Shown here piece by piece: positions 8,701 to 14,654 of a stretch of 14,654 bases of DNA. Position 1 is the first letter of the stretch. Each line of letters opens with the position of its first letter. This DNA comes from Verrucomicrobiales bacterium (GTDB taxonomy: Bacteria; Verrucomicrobiota; Verrucomicrobiia; Verrucomicrobiales; SLCJ01), in NCBI GenBank assembly GCA_046075565.1, contig JBJTQJ010000111.1, forward strand, positions 1 to 14,654. Direction: 5' to 3'. The notes under the pieces were generated by a model, which saw only the letters and a list, made by a program, of their open reading frames with translations, made no database searches and was not told where the DNA came from. Position numbers and translations under genes: made by a program.

Positions 8701-8891
8701 AAGTGACCGACCACGGCCCGGGTGTGGCCGAAGGATTCTCCCTCAACCGCGACGCCGGACTCGGTTTGCGCATCGTGGAAATGGCCTGCGAGGATCTCGG
8801 CGGTCGCCTGACATGGTCGTGCCACCAGTCCACCTGCTTCCGCATGGTCATTCCGGCCACCCCCGGCGGATCTCCCGAGCACGAGGCATGA
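5775..8891 (+). CDS. Cytoplasmic multi-PAS sensor histidine kinase, HisKA_2/HWE type, with N-terminal degenerate receiver (1038 aa)
   Basis: N-terminal receiver-like fold (KAIVLES, LDILVVD, PYVVAVG, GAHASMAEP) and a Pro-rich linker. About five PAS-like repeats, e.g. AMAVFDTQMRY...GRSHFEIFP...WEISPW, LAVVVLDAQGDVLAAND, IAMVVVNGLGEVVDANE. H-box HRVNNDLQ (His at 8325), N-box ELLDNALRHG, DHGPG, GLGL. No TM segment seen. Confidence 0.87.
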   Translation: MALTSHERITQKTRNPYKAIVLESRAGACSVMIRALEAEGTSVELVRTPDEVGSHWENLDILVVDAVEKDETLRQLVKWARQTGNDPYVVAVGDGEHDPAWLTGGRRGAHASMAEPDEQSARLVLADARGWLAAREPAPAAPQPVTRLPAPRTPPPSAPVRAQLPDWLPPLMDKTSAAMAVFDTQMRYRLCNRAWRDLFGLYETEVNGRSHFEIFPNLGSGWKEAYQRALAGESLAREEDHVLSSSGVALPLRWEISPWRDSGGQPGGVIAIFEPRTTTAPTGGSQHFEAGLGRSVLKSTSGWMVVQDPHGIILGSSKGFSGAVGRQGRMFGRSYWEAAHVLETSLSAEDFRTTMLNWRTGGEFPFPAKITEILQSVDGEKYEIEWSLFPHYRDPTEDIHGIVRIGVPRAVTSEAIKPAKSIGMTAPGPVKKEKEPSPFDAELPAVADWNLPWEEDMPVLLWEVDASGVFRRVGEGLRRFAGLSGSNKSHADAFGSRISLTPAWFQKVSACLRGGLPVDETMSVATDEGPRLVRFIGARAENETLRGWAMTLPAGTSDGAPAADALRLAASEAEKSMLRERLDQLVRALGEARELSPRPTNADDDWNEIGRHLPLAVVVLDAQGDVLAANDALASLIGQSHERGVSFGKWLAEKALASEDDLGRWRSLGWRKQVPCVLRVAGSGGVEKSIELQSRLIGDGRMLVVARDVTDETRATEMLRASEAKFRGFFHEAAIAMVVVNGLGEVVDANESLANLMDRKRREIIGSDLDTLLDGGWAKAQTLEPGRSTLLTTSDGKPVRVARLDRPVANEAANAILVIEESVSATAPALVPYFPPQAPIVESRRLGALRHRVNNDLQVLATLCSIDAGTPGPRTASLQRRLQVASLAYGSTLTASEIEEAVDASAFLGRVANLVSRETGLPSEAIERSLEPVFLPASKFMMLGLAARELLDNALRHGHGPVCLNSGTLGGSAWIEVTDHGPGVAEGFSLNRDAGLGLRIVEMACEDLGGRLTWSCHQSTCFRMVIPATPGGSPEHEA

Positions 8892-11140
8892 AATCGGGCG
8901 CGCGTATCCTCATCGTACAAGACGAGCCTCTCGTGGGCAACCTGCTGGCCATGGAAGTCGAACGCATGGGCTTCCGGGCCCTGGGGCCCGCCGTCGATGT
9001 CTCGTCCGCACGCGCTCTGCTGCGCACCGGCCGGCCGGATGCCGTGCTCGTCGATTACGACCTCGGGGCCGGTGGATCATCACAGGCCCTGGCCGAGGAA
9101 GTCCGCCGCGTCTGGCGTGTCCCAGTCGTGCTCGTGTCCGGTCATGTCGGCGAGGCGGACTTCGAACGTGCGGTTGCATCCATCGCGCCCGATGGCGTGC
9201 TCGGAAAACCAGTGGACATGGGTTTGTTAGGAAAAATGCTCGCCCATGCCCTCGGCAGCCGCGGCACCGGGGAATCCGAATCTCCCGCCTCCCAACTCAC
9301 CGAGGGTGTCCTGACCACCGACCTTGCCGGCATCACCCGCTCGGTCAATCCAGCCGCCGCGCGGCTGCTCGGAATGCCCGCTTCCGAATGTCCCGGCCGG
9401 GCCATCGATGATCTTGTCGAACTGATCGACCCGGCCGGCGAACGCGTGCAACTGACCCGTTGGGCTCGCGCCATGGGCAAGGATGTCTCGACCGGTCTGC
9501 TCGACCTCGCCCTGCCCGGCGGACGCCGCCAACCGGTGAAGATCCATTTTGGACTCGCCCGCAGCGCGGCCGGTGGCCTCACCGGCATGACGGTGGTGCT
9601 CACACCCGTTGAACCCCCGCCGGACCACGAGCAATCTTCCAGCGAAGGATGGCGCTGGCTCGAAGCCCAAGACGACGCACCCGTCGTCGTGCTCGCTCCC
9701 GACGAATGTGTCGTCTATGTGCATGCGGTTGCATCATCGTTGTTAGGATTGGATGGTCCGGCCATGGTTTCCCGCTCTTGGGACGCGGTGCTCGCCGATG
9801 CCGGATGGTCGCTTGCCGGTTCCGCCCGCTCGGGAAAACAATCGGCGGTCTTTTCCTTGCAACGTGGGGATGGCGGACGCCTCGCCGGCCAGGTGCTTCC
9901 TTTTGACAATGGCCATCTCGTCTTCCTGCGCGATGCCAGCCGCGAGGACGAGGAAAAGCGCGCCGAAGATCGCGCCCGCCGTCTCGAGGATCTCGGTTAC
10001 CTCGCGCGTGGATACTCGCACGAACTGAACAACCGTCTCACCGCCATCCTCGGAGGGCTCAGCCGCGTGGAATCCCATTTGGCCGGACAGGGCGGGCACT
10101 GGCAGGAAGACCTGGAGTCGGTGCGCCAGGCCGCCGCCGAAGCTGCCGGATTCGTCCGTCAAATCGGGGTCTTCTCCCGCGGGGGCAAACCGATCCGCCG
10201 CCCTATCGACCTCGCCGTCTGGCTCAAGGGCGTGTGGCCGCGTTTGCCACGACGTCCCGGTGCGACCTACCAATGGACCATTGAAGATGGATTGCCTCCT
10301 TTACTCGTGGATGCCCTCCAACTCGAGCGTGCCCTCGACAATCTCTTCCGCAACTCGAATGCCGCCCTCTCCATCCCCGGTGGACGTGTGGGCTTGCAAG
10401 TCACCGCGAGCGGCAGCGGAAGCCGTCGCGCCATCGACATTCGTGTCGAAGACAACGGCCATGGTGTTGATGAAAATCTTCTCCCCCACCTAACAGAACC
10501 GTATTTCACCACCCGCTCCGCCGAGAATGCCACTGGCCTCGGCCTCACCATCTGCGATGCGATTGCCCGGGCCCATGGCGGCCACTTGGAAATCCAATCG
10601 AGGCCCGGGCAATCAACGACCGCCACCCTGCGTTTCCCGGTCAGCTCGCCCGATTCCCCCTCCCCGGCGAAGACCACTCCGAAGCTTGAATCCGGCGCGC
10701 CTCCCGTTTCTCTCGAACCCGCCGCCTCGCTATCCCATTCTCCACTGCGCGTGCTCGTGCTCGAAGATGAAGCGATGGTCCGCAAAGCCGTCTCTTTCGT
10801 GCTGCGCCGGGCCGGTTGGGAAGTCCGCGAAACCGAAGTCGGGGAAGAAACCATCGCCGCGTGGGAAGATGCCCGCGCCAATGGCCGCCCATTTCATGTC
10901 ATTGTCTCCGACCTGACCATCCGCGGAGGCATGGGCGGCGTCGAGACCATTCGCCGGCTCCTCGCCCTCGATCCGAAGTTGAAGGCCGTCGCCTGCAGTG
11001 GTTACTCCGACGATCCCGTCATGGAAGACCCCCGGCGTTTCGGCTTCCACTCGGCTCTCCCCAAACCCTTCGATCCGCCCGACCTCATTGAAGCCGTCAA
11101 GGCCGCCGTCGCGAGCAATGAAAATCAGATGGTGAGGTAA
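8888..11140 (+). CDS. Hybrid sensor kinase REC-PAS-PAS-HisKA-HATPase-REC (750 aa)
   Basis: The ATG at 8888 overlaps the upstream TGA (ATGA). REC1: ILIVQDE, VLVDYDL, LVSG, GKP. PAS: EGVLTTDLAGITRSVNPAA and APVVVLAPDECVVYVH. H-box GYSHELNNRLTAILG (His at 10019), DNLFRNS, DNGHG, EPYFTT, TGLGL. REC2: VLVLEDE, IVSDLT, SGYS, KPF. Confidence 0.9.
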   Translation: MKSGARILIVQDEPLVGNLLAMEVERMGFRALGPAVDVSSARALLRTGRPDAVLVDYDLGAGGSSQALAEEVRRVWRVPVVLVSGHVGEADFERAVASIAPDGVLGKPVDMGLLGKMLAHALGSRGTGESESPASQLTEGVLTTDLAGITRSVNPAAARLLGMPASECPGRAIDDLVELIDPAGERVQLTRWARAMGKDVSTGLLDLALPGGRRQPVKIHFGLARSAAGGLTGMTVVLTPVEPPPDHEQSSSEGWRWLEAQDDAPVVVLAPDECVVYVHAVASSLLGLDGPAMVSRSWDAVLADAGWSLAGSARSGKQSAVFSLQRGDGGRLAGQVLPFDNGHLVFLRDASREDEEKRAEDRARRLEDLGYLARGYSHELNNRLTAILGGLSRVESHLAGQGGHWQEDLESVRQAAAEAAGFVRQIGVFSRGGKPIRRPIDLAVWLKGVWPRLPRRPGATYQWTIEDGLPPLLVDALQLERALDNLFRNSNAALSIPGGRVGLQVTASGSGSRRAIDIRVEDNGHGVDENLLPHLTEPYFTTRSAENATGLGLTICDAIARAHGGHLEIQSRPGQSTTATLRFPVSSPDSPSPAKTTPKLESGAPPVSLEPAASLSHSPLRVLVLEDEAMVRKAVSFVLRRAGWEVRETEVGEETIAAWEDARANGRPFHVIVSDLTIRGGMGGVETIRRLLALDPKLKAVACSGYSDDPVMEDPRRFGFHSALPKPFDPPDLIEAVKAAVASNENQMVR

Positions 11141-11183
11141 AACCTTGCGTCTCGCGATTGTCCCCTGCCCCGCATTTCCCGGG

Positions 11184-12323
11184 TCAATACAACTCGACGA
11201 CAAACTGTTTCATCCACTCGGCGGTGCTGATGCGCACCGCATGATTGCCGTGGCGATAGGGACGTTCGACTTCGAAGTTGATGGCGGCCACACCCGTGGC
11301 CCTCGAGATGCCGATGCGTGGCACTTTCAAGGCAAGCCCCGGCAGAGGATCGCGCGGAGATAACGTTTGGGTGATTCGTTCATGCAACCGGTGCACTTCC
11401 ACCCGCACGTTCTCGGGTTTTCCCGGATCGGGCGCGCCGTAAAATGACCACTCGTCTCCGTGAAGATAACGGAGCGGAAACAAACCCTCCGATGGATAGG
11501 ACCAAACACCGGAGGCGGCTCGTCCGCTATTGTCGAGCACCCACATGGTGGAGAAACCATTGTTGCCGGCACCGAATCCGGTGCGGGCCATGGGCGGATT
11601 CAGAATCCAGGCGCGATGCCCCATGATGCCGCGGTTGTTCTCACCGGCGTCTTCCACTCCACGGTAAACCACGGTCGGTTCCCCGATGTCGGTGGTGATG
11701 TTGCAACTATCGGTGAAGTGACCATGGTCATGTCCGGAGCGCCCCGCGCGTTCGCAGGCCAGTGCCGCCTCGCGCGCGCGTTCATTCAAAACGGCATCCG
11801 CGACCACCTCATGCGGAACGTTGCTGAGGAAACGATAGAGGTTGAGCGAATTTTCGGCTGCTTGGATCGGTGCCGGCACACCTGGCGGCGCGGGCTTGGC
11901 GAGGATACGCTGGATGCCGGCTTCAATGTCCTTGCGGGTGCGATTGTAATACGCACCTCCGATCGGCGGCTCGATCCATGACGCGGCAGACGGGGCTGGC
12001 GGGATGTCCATGTCGCGTTTTCCCCAGACTGGATCGGAAAGCGCCCGTATCTCACGCAGATAATCGGCGTCATCATCCGCCAAGCGCGCGAGCTCGATGG
12101 GCATGGTGCGTTTGTCGGCGGGCAGTTGGACCATCACTGCGCTATCCTCGACTTCAAGTATCCGCACCTCGATGGACCGTCCATCTTTGTTGGTCAGCGA
12201 GGTGCGCAAGGGGCGACGTCGCCCCGTGTCCGGCCGTGCTTCCCGATCCGCGAAAAGCGGGACAGGCGACATCGCCGCGAGCGCGCCAAAAAGGCCATGG
12301 AGGATGGGACGCCGCCGCATCAT
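11184..12323 (-). CDS. Secreted CAP (SCP-like) domain protein with N-terminal SHD1-like domain and probable Tat signal (379 aa)
   Basis: Twin-arginine-like signal MMRRRPILHGLFGALAAMSPVPLFA. SHD1-like segment LTNKDGRSIEVRILEVEDSAVMVQ...IELARLADDDADYL. CAP motifs LNLYRFLSNV, LNERAREAA, GHRAWILNP, TGFG. Start 12323 is supported by the promoter immediately upstream. Confidence 0.72.
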   Translation of the reverse strand: MMRRRPILHGLFGALAAMSPVPLFADREARPDTGRRRPLRTSLTNKDGRSIEVRILEVEDSAVMVQLPADKRTMPIELARLADDDADYLREIRALSDPVWGKRDMDIPPAPSAASWIEPPIGGAYYNRTRKDIEAGIQRILAKPAPPGVPAPIQAAENSLNLYRFLSNVPHEVVADAVLNERAREAALACERAGRSGHDHGHFTDSCNITTDIGEPTVVYRGVEDAGENNRGIMGHRAWILNPPMARTGFGAGNNGFSTMWVLDNSGRAASGVWSYPSEGLFPLRYLHGDEWSFYGAPDPGKPENVRVEVHRLHERITQTLSPRDPLPGLALKVPRIGISRATGVAAINFEVERPYRHGNHAVRISTAEWMKQFVVELY

Positions 12324-12330
12324 GGAGTGA

Positions 12331-12359
12331 ATCGTAGGAGGTTCCAGCCGCCCTGCCAA
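12331..12359 (-). promoter_or_regulatory. Putative sigma70 promoter giving a leaderless transcript of the CAP-domain gene
   Basis: TTGGCA (12359-12354) - 17 nt - TACGAT (12336-12331) - 7 nt - ATG (12323). Confidence 0.6.
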
Positions 12360-12373
12360 CAGAAAAACCAACA

Positions 12374-12393
12374 AGGGCAAGATGCCCGATCCT
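12374..12393. repeat. Degenerate REP-like hairpin
   Basis: AGGGCAAGATGCCCGATCCT forms a GGGCA/TGCCC stem with a 3-nt loop. It shares AGGGCAAGA with the REP at 12435. Confidence 0.4.
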
Positions 12394-12434
12394 GTCAGTT
12401 TGGCACCAGAAACGACAAAGAGTAACCAGTTCGA

Positions 12435-12541
12435 CAGGGCAAGACCGGGACGGTCTTGCTACGCTTCTGGTTGAGGCTCGGTGGCGGAGTCCCGCTGAGC
12501 TTCTATGACAATCGTAGCAAGAGCGTCTCGCTCTTGCCCTG
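12435..12541. repeat. Inverted pair of GTAG-type REP palindromes (REPIN/BIME-like) with a central hairpin
   Basis: The reverse complement of 12435-12463 (CGTAGCAAGACCGTCCCGGTCTTGCCCTG) matches 12513-12541 (CGTAGCAAGAGCGTCTCGCTCTTGCCCTG) at 26/29 positions. Each has a GTAG foot and a 9-bp stem with a 3-nt loop. Confidence 0.8.
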
Positions 12542-12628
12542 CAAGGAGGTGGCGACAGAGATTGCAGAAGACCATGAATGCAACCATAACCAACCGGCTT
12601 CTCCTTCTCGTCACCCCTCCCCTATTGT

Positions 12629-13213
12629 TCACACTCCTCGGCTGATGCAGGCAGGCAGCCCCGATGTAGGATCGCGGCGGAGGGCGTCCAGCTGGAGCAA
12701 AGAAGCCACCGAGAGGGCATCGCGGATCTCGTTGCGGCGCGCCATGGCGATGGCTTCCACGAGCGGAAGCCGTCGCACCGCCAACTTCTCCGTATCTTCC
12801 GGCGATGCTTGGCCGTGCGTGATGCCGGTGGCGAGATAAGAAATCGACCGCTCGTTGGTGGTCGAATTGGAAAGCTGCATCTCAAGGATCGGCCGGAGTT
12901 CCTTGGCAAGCAGACCGGTCTCTTCCGCCAGTTCACGCCGGGCACAAGCCTCCGGATCCTCGTCCGCCGGGGCTCCGCCCTCCGGAACTTCCCACTCGTA
13001 GGTGCCGGTGGGAAACCGATATTGGCCAACCAGCCAGGTGTAACCGTCTTCATCCACCGGGATCACCGCCACGGCGGTGTTCTTGAAATGCACGACCCCG
13101 TAGATTCCGGGTTTCCCCGCGGGATTGGTCACCTGGTGCTCGACGACCCGGATCCAAGGGTTGTCGTAGATTTCAGCGGTGTGGTTGATTTTCCACGGGT
13201 TTTTCTCAGGCAT
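12629..13213 (-). CDS. Nudix hydrolase, ADP-ribose pyrophosphatase-like (194 aa)
   Basis: Complete Nudix box [23 protein letters not shown] (GX5EX7REUXEEXGU). Also [24 protein letters not shown] and EIRDALS motifs. Confidence 0.92.
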   Translation of the reverse strand: MPEKNPWKINHTAEIYDNPWIRVVEHQVTNPAGKPGIYGVVHFKNTAVAVIPVDEDGYTWLVGQYRFPTGTYEWEVPEGGAPADEDPEACARRELAEETGLLAKELRPILEMQLSNSTTNERSISYLATGITHGQASPEDTEKLAVRRLPLVEAIAMARRNEIRDALSVASLLQLDALRRDPTSGLPACISRGV

Positions 13214-13218
13214 TGCGG

Positions 13219-13247
13219 AATCTGGCGGCGGACACTGGCCGGGGCAA
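13219..13247 (-). promoter_or_regulatory. Possible sigma70 promoter (leaderless) for the Nudix gene
   Basis: TTGCCC (13247-13242) - 17 nt - CAGATT (13224-13219) - 5 nt - ATG (13213). The -10 box is non-consensus at its first base. Confidence 0.35.
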
Positions 13248-13319
13248 GAGCGGCCTCCAAAGACCTGTCATATCCGGGCGGGAGAATTTTCTGCTTCCCA
13301 TGGGAAATGATCCAGTGCA

Positions 13320-13333
13320 TGTTCATAAAGACA
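13320..13333. promoter_or_regulatory. Candidate Verrucomicrobia-type LexA box overlapping the comM start
   Basis: TGTTC-ATAA-AGACA compared with the described Verrucomicrobia LexA consensus TGTTC-N4-GAACA (8/10 match). It sits within a CATGT...ACATG dyad. Confidence 0.35.
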
Positions 13334-14654
13334 TGCTTGCCAAACTCACATCCGCTACCGTGCACGGGGTCGAAGCCATCGAGGTGGCCATCGAAGTCCA
13401 TGCCGCCATGGGACTGAAAAAGACCGTGATCGTGGGCCTGCCGGACACGGCGGTGAAGGAATCGGGTGAACGGGTGCAGGCCGCTACCCGCAATAGCGGG
13501 TTTGGATTTCCCAGCGGGCACACGACCGTCAATCTCGCGCCCGCCGACTTGAAAAAGGAAGGACCGTCATTCGATTTGCCCATCGCGCTCGGCATGATCG
13601 CCTGCACGGAACTCGGCGGCGAGGACTTCCCTCTCGATGAGACGGTGGTGGTCGGCGAACTCGCGCTCGACGGTAGCATCCGCCCGGTCAAGGGTGTGCT
13701 CGCCGTCGCCATCGAAGCGAAACGATGCGGACGCGCCCGTATGATTGTGCCGGCGGAGAATGCCCCGGAAGCGGCGCTGGTTGACGGCCTTGATGTGATT
13801 CCCGTGACCACCCTTCGCGATGCCTGGGAAGTGGCAACCGGAGCGAGTTGGCGTCAGCCCTACCACCTCGATCGCGCCGAGTTTTTCGCAACCCATGCCA
13901 GTTATCCCATCGACTTTACGGATGTGAAAGGCCAGCACTCGGTGAAACGCGCCCTCGAAGTCGCCGCCGCCGGCAACCACAATGTTTTGCTCATCGGCCC
14001 GCCCGGCACCGGAAAGAGTATGCTCGCCTCGCGTTTGCCCACCATCATGCCCGGCATGTCGGAAGAGGAAGCCATCGAAGTCACGAAAATCCATTCCATC
14101 GCGGGACTGCTCGACACGCGGAAAGGATTTCTCGCCACCCGGCCGTTCCGTTCTCCCCACCACACGATCTCCGAGGCCGGTTTGTTAGGCGGCTCGACGA
14201 ACCCCCGGCCGGGCGAAGTTTCCCTGGCCCACCACGGTGTGCTTTTCCTCGATGAACTGCCGGAGTTCAAACGCGGCACCCTCGAAGTCATGCGCCAGCC
14301 CCTGGAAGACGGCAAAGTCACGATCAGCCGAGCGGCCGGCAGTCTGACATTTCCCGCGCGGTTCATGTTGGTCGCAGCCATGAATCCATGCCCCTGCGGT
14401 TACCATGGCGACCCGAAACGGGAATGCCGATGTTCGCCGCGCCAGATCGAAACCTACCGCCAGCGCATCTCCGGTCCGTTGTTGGACCGGATCGACCTGC
14501 ATATCGAAGTGCCCCAGGTCGAATACCGAGAATTAAAAAGCGGAGCGACCGGGGAATTGTCTTCCATCATCCGCGCCCGTGTCGAAACGGCCCGTGCCGT
14601 CCAGAAGGAACGCTACGCCGGACACAAAGGCAAAATCGTGACGCGCACGAACAG
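13333..14654 (+). CDS. comM: ComM/YifB-family Mg-chelatase-like AAA+ ATPase (partial, runs off the window end)
   Basis: Translated by hand because it is not in the track. [12 protein letters not shown]..., [44 protein letters not shown], Walker [56 protein letters not shown]. Open to the window end. Confidence 0.95.
   Translation, partial: MLAKLTSATVHGVEAIEVAIEVHAAMGLKKTVIVGLPDTAVKESGERVQAATRNSGFGFPSGHTTVNLAPADLKKEGPSFDLPIALGMIACTELGGEDFPLDETVVVGELALDGSIRPVKGVLAVAIEAKRCGRARMIVPAENAPEAALVDGLDVIPVTTLRDAWEVATGASWRQPYHLDRAEFFATHASYPIDFTDVKGQHSVKRALEVAAAGNHNVLLIGPPGTGKSMLASRLPTIMPGMSEEEAIEVTKIHSIAGLLDTRKGFLATRPFRSPHHTISEAGLLGGSTNPRPGEVSLAHHGVLFLDELPEFKRGTLEVMRQPLEDGKVTISRAAGSLTFPARFMLVAAMNPCPCGYHGDPKRECRCSPRQIETYRQRISGPLLDRIDLHIEVPQVEYRELKSGATGELSSIIRARVETARAVQKERYAGHKGKIVTRTN

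Noticed and set aside
8363..8887. 175-codon N-terminal extension of the hybrid kinase in the ORF track
   Set aside because: It overlaps the catalytic domain of the upstream kinase and has an Arg-rich, non-coding-like composition. The ATGA-coupled start at 8888 begins exactly at the receiver domain.
12401..12416. TGGCAC as a sigma54 -24 element
   Set aside because: There is no TTGC -12 element at the required spacing and no substantial plus-strand gene downstream.
12374..12541. Repeats as a mini CRISPR array or intrinsic terminators
   Set aside because: The main copies are inverted rather than direct, there are no regular spacers or cas genes, and the hairpins lack U-tracts.
12809..14502. 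Track ORFs around the right end (12809-13417, 13323-13811, 13567-14163, 13848-14255, 13902-14381 and others)
   Set aside because: They are alternative-frame or antisense shadows of the Nudix gene and of comM, whose true frame starts at 13333 and has no stop in the window.

Overview
High-GC bacterial chromosomal window. It is probably Verrucomicrobiota/PVC, inferred from a secreted SHD1-domain protein, mostly SD-less starts and the REP style. The left edge holds the left end of an IS3-family element: a TG-starting terminal repeat plus the first 17 codons of OrfA, absent from the ORF track. Next is a minus-strand run galE > SurA/PpiD-like chaperone > creB > creC. As assembled, creC has a 1-base frameshift in an A5/T5 run inside its first TM helix. 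Then come divergent rlmH, and two translationally coupled cytoplasmic sensor kinases (pseudo-REC-5xPAS-HisKA_2 and REC-PAS-PAS-HisKA-HATPase-REC) with no output regulator nearby. These are followed by a Tat-type SHD1+CAP protein, a GTAG-type REP pair with covarying stems, a Nudix hydrolase, and a 3'-truncated comM/YifB ATPase (also absent from the ORF track) with a candidate Verrucomicrobia LexA box over its start. Most of the window is ordinary core and signalling DNA, and I see no strong evidence of a wholly new multi-gene system. The best leads are the output-less kinase cascade, the two lesions at the cre locus, the REP composite, the LexA-like box and several near-leaderless promoters.
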